From NCBI RefSeq assembly GCF_036321535.1, contig NC_087436.1, positions 68,140,001-68,204,000 on the forward strand: a DNA stretch of 64,000 bases, read 5' to 3'. Under the pieces are notes generated by a model that was not told where the DNA came from, did no database searches, and saw nothing but the letters and a program-made list of their open reading frames with translations. How positions within the stretch are numbered: the first letter of the stretch is position 1; every line of letters begins with the position of its first letter. This stretch comes from Camelus dromedarius (lineage: Eukaryota). Shown here one piece after another: positions 25,789 through 37,190 of the stretch. A program made the position numbers and the translations under genes.

Positions 25789-26691
25789 ATGAGCAAGATG
25801 AAGAAGCAGAAAAATCTTTCCCAATTAAAAGAACAAGAGAAATCCCCTGAAAGAAAGATCAACAAAATAGACATCGATAGCCTACTAGATCAAGATTTCA
25901 AAAAAGGAGTGATTGAATTGCTGAAGGAATTAAAACAGATAGTGTTTAGAGATATAAAATATGTCAAAAATGAAATTGAAGCTATAAAGAAGAGCCAAGT
26001 AGAATGGGTAAACTCATTGACAGAGATGAGGAATGATCTAATAGCTGTGCAAAGCCGACTAGATAATGCAGAGGAACAAATTAGTGATCTAGAAGACAGG
26101 GCAATAGAAAGCACCCATTCAGAAGAACTACAAGAGAAGCAAATAAAAAATAATGAAAATAGCATAAGGGACCTATGGGATAACATAAAGCGTCCCAATC
26201 TTCGCATAATAGGGGTCCCAGAAGGAGAAGAAAGATCAAAGGGGATTGAAAAGGTTTTTGAAGAAATCATGACTGAAAACTTCCCAAACTTAAAGAAGGA
26301 ATCAGATATCCAAGTACAGGAAGCTCAGAGGGTCCCAAACAGGAAGAACCCAAATAGACCCACAACCAAGACATATCATAATCAAGATGGCCAGAGTCAA
26401 GGATAAAGAAATGATTCTAAAGGCAGCAAGAGAAAAGCAAAGAGTGAGTTACAAGGGAACCCCCATAAGGCTCTCAGCTGATTTCTCTACACAAACACTA
26501 CAGGCCAGAAGGGAGTGGCAAGATCTATTCAAAGCCCTGAATGAAAAAAAGATGCAGCCTAGGATCCTTTATCCAGAAAGGCTATCCCTGAGGATAGAAG
26601 GAGAAATAAAGTTTTCACATACAAAAAAAAGCTGCAGGAGTTTAGCAACACTAAACCCATGCTAAAAGAAATATTGAAAGGGCTATTCTAA
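25789..26691 (+). pseudogene. L1 ORF1p (RNA-binding/chaperone), disrupted by two frameshifts
   Basis: Coiled coil plus RRM/CTD motifs (LWDNIKRPNLRIIGVPEGEE; IRLSADFS...ARREW; YPERLS). A +1 shift lies at ~26364 and a -1 shift at ~26610. The natural end ...LKEILKGLF* at 26689-26691 is in frame with the ATG, giving 300 codons. Confidence 0.95.
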
Positions 26692-27095
26692 ATAGAAAAG
26701 CAGCAGGATGCTACAGAAATGAGAAACACACAACTGGAAAGGTGATAACTCATGAATTACAAATAAAGTAAACATGAAATTATAAAAGAAGACATACAAA
26801 TCACTGAGAGTGGGCAAGGGAGGCAGGGAAATATAGAATATTTTTTTCTTTCTTTTTAAAATTGTTTTAACAGTAGGATGGGTTTGAGATCATGTTACTA
26901 TCAGTTTAATAAAAACAGTTATAGTAATGGGTTGACAGATTTACAGAAAAGGGTAACCACAAGCCAAAAATTTACAAAGGAGTCACAAAAATTAAATAAA
27001 ATCCATGATAATACAAAGGAAAATTACCAAACCACAAAAGGAAGAAGAAAGGAACAAAGAGGATATACCAATTCAACTGCAAAGATAAGTTCAAA

Positions 27096-30000
27096 ATGGC
27101 AATAAACACACATCTATCATTAATTACTGTAAATGTTAATGGACTAAATGCTCCAGTCAAAAGACACAGAGTGGCAGACTGGATAATAAAGCAAGAACCT
27201 TCAATATGCTGCATACAAGAGACCCACTTTAGGGAGAAGGACACATATAGATTGAGAGGGAAAGGATGGAAAAGGATATTCCATGCAAATGGAAAAGCCA
27301 AAAAAGCAGGTGTTGCAGTACTGATTTCAGGCAAAATAGACTTTAAAACAAAGGCCATCAAGAAAGATAAAGAAGGACATTTTATAATGATTAAAGGAGT
27401 GATACAAGATGAGGATATTACACTCGTTAATATATATGCACCCAATATAGGAGCACCTAAGTACATACAAGAATTACTAACAGAGATGAAGGGGGATATT
27501 GATGGGAATACAATCATAGTTGGAGATTTTAACACTGCATTAACATCACTAGACAGATCTTCCAGACAGAAAATAAACAAGGCAACAGAGAAATTAAATA
27601 CTACAATAGAAAAACTAGATTTGGTGGATATTTTCAGAGCATTACACCCCCCAAAAATAGGATATACATTCTTTTCAAGTGCACATGGAACATTTTCCAG
27701 GATCGATCATGTACTTGGGCACAAAAGAAACCTCAACAATTATAAGAAGATAGAAATTATCTCAAGCATCTTTACTGACCACAATGACATGAAACTGGAA
27801 ATCAACAACAGAGAAACAAAGGAGAAAAAAAGGAAAGCATGGAGATTAAACAATATGTTATTGAAAAAACAATGGATCAATGAGGAAATCAAAGCTGAAA
27901 TTAAAAAATACCTTGAGACAAATGATAATGAAAGCACAACCACTCAAAACCTATGGGACACAGCAAAGGCAGTGCTAAGAGGGAAGTTTATAGCGATACA
28001 GGCCTTCCTCAAAAAAGAAGAACAATCTCAGATAAACAATTTAACCCACCACCTGAATGAATTAGAAAAAGAAGAACAAAAAGCCCCAAAAAGCAGCAGA
28101 AGGAAGGAAATAATAAAGATCAGAGAGGAATTAAATACAATAGAGATTAACAAGACCATAGAAAAAATCAACCAAACCAAAAGCTGGTTTTTTGAAAAAG
28201 TAAATAAAATCGACAAACCTCTGGCCAAACTCACAAAGAAGAAAAAAGAGAGAGCACAAATTAGCAAAATAAGAAAGGAAAATGGAGAAATTACAACAAA
28301 CAAAATAGAAATACAGAATATCATACGAGAATATTATGAAAAACTATATGGAACCAAACTGGATAACCTAGAGGAGATGGACAAGTTTCTGGAAACATAC
28401 TGTCCACCAAAACTGAATCAAGAAGAATCTGAACACTTGAACAATCCGATCACTAGGAAGGAAATAGAAATAGCAATTAAAAACCTCCCTACAAATAAAA
28501 GTCCAGGACCGGATGGCTTCACCGGGGAATTCTACCAAACATACAAAGAAGAACTCATACCAGTCCTTCTCAAACTCTTCCAGACGATTGAAAAGGAGGG
28601 AATACTCCCAAACTCATTCTATGAAGCCACCATCACCCTCATACCAAAACCAGGCAAAGACACTACAAAAAAAAGAGAATTATAGGCCAATATCACTGAT
28701 GAACATAGACACCAAAATCCTCACCAAAATTTTAGCAAATAGAATCCAACAACACATAAAAAAGATTATACATCATGACCAAGTGGGGTTCATCCCAGGG
28801 ACACAAGGCTGGTTCAACATACGCAAATCAATCAGTGTAATACATCACATCAACAAGAGAAAGGACAAAAACCACACGATCATCTCAATCGATGCAGAAA
28901 AAGCATTTGATAAAATTCAACACCCATTTATGATAAAAACTCTCGCCAAAGTGGGTATAGAGGGAACATATCTCAACATAATAAAAGCTATATATGACAG
29001 ACCTACAGCCAGCATAGTACTCAATGGTGAAAAACTCAAAAGCTTCCCACTAAAATCTGGGACAAGACAAGGATGCCCACTATCACCACTCCTATTCAAC
29101 ATAGTCCTGGAAGTCCTAGCCACAGCAGTCAGGCAAGAGAAAGAAATAAAAGGGATCCAAATTGGAAAACAAGAGGTAAAAGTGTCATTATATGCTGATG
29201 ACATGTTACTATATATAGAAAACCCTAAAAGGTCCACACAAAAGCTACTAGAGCTGATTGAAGAATTTAGCAAGGTAGCACGTTACAAAATTAACGTTCA
29301 AAAATCAGTTGCATTTCTTTACACTAACGATAAATCAACAGAAGAAGAAAGTAAAGAATCAATCCCCTTTAAAATAGCACCCAAAGTAATAAAATATCTG
29401 GGAATAAATCTAACCAAGGAGGTGAAAGAATTATACACAGAAAACTATAAACCATTGATGAAGGAAATTAAAGAAGACTTTAAAAAATGGAAAGACATTC
29501 CATGCTCTTGGATTGGAAGAATCAATATTGTTAAAATGGTCACACTGCCCAAGGCAATCTACAGATTTAATGCAATCCCTATCAAATTACCCAGGACGTA
29601 TTTCACAGAACTAGAAAAAATCATAATAAAATTCATATGGAACCATCAAAGACCTAGAATTGCCAAAGCATTACTGAAGAGAAAGAAAGAGGCTGGAGGA
29701 ATAACTCTCCCAGACTTCAGACAATACTATAGAGCTACAGTCATCAAGACAGCATGGTATTGGTACCAAAACAGACATATAGACTAATGGAACAGAATAG
29801 AGAGCCCAGAAATGAACCCACAAACTTTTGGTCAACTCATCTTTGACAAAGGAGGCAAGAATACACATTGGAATAAAGACAGTCTCTTCAGCAAATGGTG
29901 TTGGGAAAACTGGACAGCAGCATGTAAAACAATGAAGCTAGAACACTCCCTTACACCATATACAAAAATCAACTCAAAATGGATTAAAGACTTAAACATA

Positions 30001-30890
30001 AGACAAGATCTAATAAACCTCCTAGAGGAAAACATAGGCAAAACATTATCTGACATACATTTAAAAAATTTTCTCCTAGAAGAAATAAAAGCAAGAATAA
30101 ACAAATGGGACCTAATGAAACTTACAAGCTTCTGCACAGCAAAGGAAACCAGAAGTAAAACAAGAAGAAAACCTACGGAATGGGAGAAAATTTTTGCAAG
30201 TGAAACCAACAAAGGCTTGAGCTCCAGAATATATAAGCAGCTCATACGACTCAATAAGAAAAAAATAAACAACCCAATCCAAAAATGGGCAGAAGACCTA
30301 AACAAGCAATTCTCCAAGGAAGACATACAAATGATCAAAAAGCACATGAAAAAATGCTCAATATCACTAATTATCAGAGAAATGCAAATCAAAACTACAA
30401 TGAGGTATCACCTCACACCAGTCAGAATGGCCGTCATTCAAAAATCCACAAATGACAAATGCTGGAGAGGCTGTGGAGAAAGGGGAACCCTCCTACACTG
30501 CTGGTGGGAATGCAGTTTGGTGCAGCCACTATGGAAAACAGTGTGGAGATTCCTCAAAAGACTAGGAATAGACTTACCATATGACCCAGGAATCCCACTC
30601 CTGGGCTTGTATCCAGAAGGAAAACTACTTCAGGATGACACCTGCACCCCAATGTTCATAGCAGCACTATTTACAATAGCCAATGGAAACAGCCTAAATG
30701 TCCATCAACAGGTGACTGGATAAAGAAGAAGTGGTATATTTATACAATGGAATACTACTCAGCCATAAAAACCGACAACATGATGCCATTTGCAGCAACA
30801 TGGATGCTCCTGGAGAATGTCATTCTAAGTGAAGTAAGCCAGAAAGAGAAAGAAAAATACCATATGAGATCGCTCATATGTGGAATCTAA
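27096..30890 (+). pseudogene. L1 ORF2p (APE endonuclease, reverse transcriptase, CCHC domain), disrupted
   Basis: EN motifs NVNGLN, QETH, GDFN, RIDH, TDH. RT motifs QGCPLSP and YADD (29191-29202). Zinc knuckle CWRGC...HCWWEC. Lesions: +1 in A8 (28667-28674), CAA>TAA at 29785-29787, and a frameshift at ~30683. Natural stop at 30888-30890. Confidence 0.97.
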
Positions 30891-30986
30891 AAAACAAAAA
30901 CAAAAACAAACAAACAAACAAAAACAAAGCGTAAATAAAGGACAGAAATAGACTCACAGACAGAGAATACAGACTTGTAGTTACCA

Positions 30987-31008
30987 GGGGGGTGGAGGGT
31001 GGGAAGGG
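30987..31008 (+). other. G-rich polypurine tract of the L1 3'UTR (potential G-quadruplex)
   Basis: GGGGGGTGGAGGGTGGGAAGGG has four G3+ runs. This is a known feature of mammalian L1 3'UTRs. Confidence 0.75.
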
Positions 31009-31212
31009 ATAGACTGGGATTTCAAAATTGTAGAATAGACTACACTGTATAGCACAGGGAAATATACACAAAATGTTATGATAACTCACAGAGAAAAAAA
31101 TGTGACAATGAGTGTGTATATGTCCATGAATAACTGAAAAATTGTGCTGAACACTGGAATTTGACACAACATTGTAAAATGATTATAAATCAATAAAAAA
31201 TGTTAAAAATAA

Positions 31213-31228
31213 AAAAGAATCTACATGA
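31213..31228 (+). repeat. 3' target-site duplication of the L1
   Basis: AAAAGAATCTACATGA, identical to 24732-24747. Confidence 0.97.
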
Positions 31229-32879
31229 AGTGTAAATACAAATTGAAATTTTCATATAAACATGAAAATAAAATCTATAGATGACAAGCTGTTGTAAATT
31301 ATTTTCATCACTATTCTTTGGGCTTTTAAGTCTTTCAAGCAGGCTTTAAACTACTTCTAAAAGCCATAAATTCATTTTGTATTAGCTTTATGAACATAAT
31401 ACGGATTTATCATCATTTTTGTTTCTTCACATAAAATAAAACCTCCCTATACATTTTTACCACACCAGAACCATTCTTCTTATGGACATATGATATATAA
31501 TAAGACATCCTCCTTAGACCATAAAAAGCCAAAACTAAAGGTGATAGCCTTCTTCACTACAGTTGTGACAGGGCTGTCCTAACTTAAAATAGAAATTTCC
31601 TGGATACACTTCATATTCTTCCAAAAACAGTACAAATTCAAAGAACTAACTCTTGGGACCAGGCAAGACATTAGAAGATACTCAAATATATTGATGTCTG
31701 CTGTCCCACCCTCAGAATAGGCCAGAATTCCATAATCCTAGATAACAATCCTAGATGAGGATTTTATATAGACTTTATGTCCTCTAGAAGATTTTACAAC
31801 TGTATAATATTCCTTTCACATTTTTGCTGTTAGCTATATTTATTATATATCCAGTCTATATCTTCCATATATCTTATAGCCTCTATATCTTAGCCCCTTT
31901 TACTGTGTTTTTAATTCTATAAACATTTAATAGATATTCTGAAGAATAAGCCTTCATATAGCATTAGATTCTAACTTCTATTCTTTCAACTAAGAATGGG
32001 AGTCTTAACATCAGCTAGTAAGATGACCCCCCAAAGTTTCTTCCATGACCACCTTGATATGTCTGCCTTTCTTTGAATTCTTGAATACTCTGAGTGACAG
32101 GAAGATTAAAACTTTCTGAAGATGTCTCTGTGGGCAAGTTTTCTCTGTACTAGGTTAATTATGTGCTTTTTTCCACTATTTACCCTTGGCCATAGCATCA
32201 GTCTTTCAAGTATTTGAAAGTAGTCATTGTGCTTTTCTCCGGATATTCTCTTCTAAGATAAATAAAATTAAAGATATTTATTCCCAAGAAAGAGAACACT
32301 TATGTCAAAAAAGGGAGCATCCAAATCTAAGAGTATATGAATCTGGGTACCTCTCCCCCCTAACCCCAGGTACCTCACACAATGTTCTAACTCTGACAGC
32401 AAATTCAAAAAATTCATTGTAAGAAAGAATGGGTATATTCCCCAAAATCAACTTCAAAAATAAATATAAATATAAAGTCTCTAGCATTTACTTAATGATT
32501 ATGTATTTACCATCACAGAAATAGCCATTCGAAGACTATAGTTACCCATAACAATAAAAAATATTTCTTCCTACTAATCTTAAATTTAATCCCATTAACC
32601 CTTAAAACAGCTCCCTAGTTTTAGTTTTCCAGAATATGGTGCACATTTCAGCACTGTAGACTATTTTTTTATCCCTCATCTTCCAAGATTGTTTACTCCT
32701 AAACCTTCTTGTCTGCTTTTATATATCTCCTTGCAACCTCTTTTCTATCCCTTTACCCTAGATTTTTCTAATCACTGATCTGGAGCATGTCCTGGCTTGT
32801 TTTTTTCTTCAGGAATAGTGCCAAAGTGTCACACAAGTTTTAATGTATATCGAGTAGATGTTTTACTTTTTGTGAGCCA

Positions 32880-35800
32880 TTTGACTGTTCAGAGAAGTTA
32901 AGAGTGTAATGTGTTATTAAGGATTGACATTTGTGAAAGGAAAAGGTAGGAAGCAGGACTGTGTAGGGGAGCCAGCAGTCTGAATTGCAGATTTGACAAT
33001 GTCTTGGATAAGCTAAAGGGGAGCTCCGAAGGGAAAAGTACCCATTAAAGGAGTTCTGCACAGGGCAAAAATGGCTAGATCTTCGTACAAGAGTCTTTCT
33101 CTGTCACTGTCTGGGGGCACCACTAGGAGGTCATCTTCACTCAAATGGGACATGGACCTGAACATGTTAACAGCTAGAAGCTTTCAGCTAGGAACAGTTT
33201 TCAAAACAGGGCAATGAGCTCCTTTTGAGGAGGAATCTGAGCACTGTATCTCTGTGTCTGCTATAGCATACCCTCTGTACCATGTGGATCCACTTCTCCA
33301 TTTATGTGCAGGGAGCTCCAGGACTCTAAGCTCTCTTCCAAAGGAAGAACCTAGAAAAGCTGAGTTAGGGAAAAGAAGTACAAACCCTGTCACTGTTGTT
33401 GGTTCTAAGGCTGAAGTCATCTTCTTCCTTCCCTTTCCATTTTAAATTTTCCTTGCCTTCAGCCATCACCTCTGGTGATCGCAATGGCTTACCTGGAGAT
33501 ATGACCAAAATCGTCACTTCTGGGAAATCGGAGCCTTGATAAACATATATCTTTCTTACATAACGGTTGCTGAACTTATCTATTTATAATCACAGTGGAT
33601 CAAGTGATTACTAATAGGCACCCAAGTGGGTACAAAACTCCATATGTATTATTCCTTGTCCCCACAGTAATAGCAGCCCTACCTCCTCTTGATGATCAGG
33701 TCAATTATCCCTACCAATGTCATGATTCCCCTTCTTGACTCCTGGTTCCTGGACACAAAGAGTCCAAGTGCTCAGGTAGTAACTATAGCTTATAGTTCAA
33801 ATAAATCCTTGTTGCATCCCTTGACAAGAGTGACATTCCTTTGGGGAACAATACCTCTAATTTACAGAGCTCAGAGTTGCAGCAATGGCAAACAGTTCCC
33901 CCGTGGGTCATTGGGAACAATGGTAAGTGGAGGCATGCCTGCTTCCAATTCTTTGTACCCAGACCAATTAATTCTCCCTCTTGGGCTCAGAGCATCATAT
34001 AGATTCTTTAAGTCAATGGGTATACTACAACCTTGAGTATAGCCCCTGACCTTCACAAACTATTGCCTTTGACCTAGTACTTCAGCTGTGCCTTCAGTAG
34101 ACCATTCCAGTGATCTGTCAGGCTGGCTACTTTTGGATGGTGCAGTATATAACTCAACCAATGGAACCTATGGTCATGGGCCCACCTTCTCACCCTCTTC
34201 ACTAAGTGGGTCCCTTGGTCAGGCATCATATTGTAGAGAAATAATGCCCAGGGACCAAGTATTCCATAAGCCATGGATTGTGATTTTGATTGATGCTCTG
34301 CAGGAAAGAAAGATAGCATCCAGGATGTGTCTATTGCTATGAGAAAGAACTGCTGATATTTCCAGGACAGAGGGGGCCCAAAATAGTTAACTTGATATCA
34401 AGAGCCTGATTGATCTTCTCAAAGAATAATATCATTCCAAGGACACATATTTAGTTTCTTACTGTCAGGTTAATTCCCCACTATTTGGGGGGCATGTATC
34501 TTACCAGTATCTCTAGCATTCTTGCTGCCTCTTGTTCATTCTGCTTGATCAGCATAATATCACTTATGTACTAGATCCATGTGATGTTTTGGGGAACATC
34601 AAGTCTGTCCATAGCTCTTTGGATTATATTATGATAGATAGCAGAGGAATTAGTAAAGCACCGGGACAAATGTGTAAGTGCATATTGTTCTCTGTTCTGT
34701 ATGAATGCAAACTATGACCCTCTTTCTCTACTGGAATAGAAAAAAAAAAAATGCATTCAACAAATCAGTGGCCAGATACCATGTACCTGAGATCATACTA
34801 ACATGCTCTAGGAATAATATCATGTATGGCATGGCAGCTGTAATTAACTCTATCACTTGGTTGACATTAAGGTAGTCTATAATCATTCTCCAGGACCCAT
34901 ACGGTTTCTGCAGTGGCCAGAGTGGCAAATTAAACAGAGATATAATAGAGATTTATTAGGTCTTTAGAAGTGGCACTTATTTCTACCCCACCACCCTGGC
35001 CAATGAGGGGCTGTTTCAGTGGCTTCTGGTTAGCCTTCTTCACTACAGAGCAAGGATCCAAGCTGAGGGTTTCTCCAACTGTCAAGAATGCCAATCCCAA
35101 TTATACATTCAGGGTCCACGGAAATAAAGATTAGTTGTATTTATAGATGCAGTGGATCCACTCTAAGCTAGATTTTGGCCAAGATTATATTTACTACTTC
35201 ACCCCTGTATGTCGTCATTTTAATGGGGGTGCAGCAATGACGATGTGTCAGCCCTCTGGGTATTAGGGCAGCTGAAGTCTTATGTCCAATACTCAAATGT
35301 TTCCGTATTTCTTCTTCCCAATATACCAGTCACTGAGTAGGCTATCAGTCCTTTGGGGAGAGACTGGGAAAATCATTACAGGACATGCTGGTGCTGCTAC
35401 AAGTTCCTTTTTCCTGACGGCCTTGCCACCTCATCAATCAATAGGTTCCAGACCTGAAAACTGGCACGGTTATGGAGACTGGGCAAATGATGTGGCATTT
35501 TATGGAGGCTATGATCTTCCTTTTCCTGCTCATCCATCTTTCTTTCCTTTGATCACACATACTAAGCAGTATCTTAGCTACCCACTTATTTTTCCCTTAA
35601 AATTCTGCATTCTATTACCATCTTCACAACTCTCTGTGGGTCAAGTTCCGGTGCTGCTCCTCTGACCTTAACAGATGTTATAATCATTGTGGCTCCTGGC
35701 TTCTAGAATTTAAGCGCCACTCCTGGTCTATATTACTTCAGAACTATATCATCCCTATTGCTATCAAAAAGCCAAGTTCCATTACAACCTCCTTCCCATA

Positions 35801-37190
35801 AACCCAAACTTTCAGAGAACGTCTCTGCTACACATTTTCATGATCCTGGACCCCTCTCACACTAATGCATTTCTGATGGGCTTGGTGAATGTTATGTCCT
35901 CCTAACTTTACTGTGGGTCTTCTGATGGGTTTTCTGGGCTCACGTAATATATCCACTCTAGCATGCCCATTTTCAAGCTTTTTTAATCCCTTCCTCTACC
36001 ATTTTTCATGGCAATTCAGTCATTTCAATTTCATTCAACAAGGGCTGTTGTTTCTAGGGGTCATGTTTGCAGCAACTTTGTTCCATCACCTTGGTCCTTG
36101 TTAGGATATTAAGCCAGTATCCTGAGAGTGTGTCCCATGTGAATACATTTCCCCTTATTCAAATTTATATTTTGGCCTCTTTGATTTGATTCTGGCACCC
36201 ACTAAATCCAGTCCCAAGTAAATTCCTGCAGCTCTTGCTGGTTCATGCTGGCTAATTTTTTGGAGATACTTTGGTATAAAGTCCTCTCCTCCCATTTCAT
36301 GTCCACCTTATCTCCAGCTTAGTTATGCTTCAAATTAACTCTAGTTATTGGCCTAAAAGCTAAGAGAGTAGGAGGTAATCCTGAGAGGAGTCCCTGATGC
36401 CTTACAAGAAAGACCTCAGTAGTATCTTTCCACATAGTGATGTGCTAGTTTTTAATAAGGAAGCATGGATCACCTCTAGAGGATCCGAGGAGTCAGAGAA
36501 ATTGATGGAGCAAAAAGCTGGAGGAACACCCACACAAATGTGTCAGGGTTCAGGTTTTCCAAGCAGATGCTAACTTTGGCTTAACAGTCCTGCCTTGGCT
36601 GAGCATTCAATCATCTCTGAAGGTCTGTAAATGTTGAATCTCGAGTTTGGTCATCAGTATTTTGTACCCTTCCACTGCATCTCCTCTCTTAGAAGTATCT
36701 CCAAAGTGTCCACTAATGAAATTTTAGCAACTAGGCCACAACTTTGTGCCAAGAATAAGGTATTTTTGCCAGGGGTACTACCTGGGATAGGATCCTCATT
36801 ACCCATCAGGTGGTGAGCAATCCAGATCCCAAATTCCATCTAACTGGCTGTTTTACCAGACCTCTGTGTCACTTGAGTTCTTCAGGAAGCAGATTCTGAG
36901 ACAGAGTTAAGAGTACAAAAGTTTCATTAGCAAGAAACACCCATGAAAGGAAAAAAGAAAAAAACAGAACCAAGCAGGAGATTCTGACAAAGTGTCTACA
37001 AGCCAGCAGGGTGCTCTGGTGTAAAAATTACCTGTTAGAGCAGTTCCATGTTGGGTGGATGCAGCCTGTCATACATAGCACAGTCTGGATTAGCCATTGG
37101 GTAAGGCCACTCTGAGAAGCATGCAACCCTGACTCAAAGGCTAGGCAGAAATGAAAGAGTTAACAGCCAGGGCTGTCTACTCATCATACT
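32880..37190 (-). mobile_element. Degraded ERV-L provirus (LTR16/ERV3-16-like): 3' LTR ~32880-33270, dUTPase, integrase, RT, gag/pro remnant, 5' LTR ~36865-37190
   Basis: ORF 34728..34928 is RT N-terminus (PLWPLQKPYGSWRMIIDY...GTWYLATDLLNAFF). YISDIML at ~34553-34573 is a decayed YIDD. ORF 34074..34319 is integrase (DQGTH...WAHDH...HW...HHPKVASL..HWNGLLKAQL). A dUTPase-like GII-D-DHQEEVGLLL lies at ~33670-33720. The two LTRs are collinear (gttaagagt...tgaaaggaaaa...gttaacagc). Confidence 0.88.

Larger units (their letters stand above)
24748..31212 (+). mobile_element. Near-full-length young LINE-1 (~6.5 kb), inactivated; probably a camelid/cetartiodactyl lineage family
   Basis: CpG-rich 5'UTR, ORF1, spacer, ORF2 (EN-RT-CCHC), G-rich 3'UTR, AATAAA near 31192, short A tail and perfect 16-bp TSD. 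Confidence 0.98.

Noticed and set aside
25890..30392. Long minus-strand ORFs (126, 202, 118 and 186 aa)
   Set aside because: Antisense shadows of the A-rich L1 ORF1 and ORF2.
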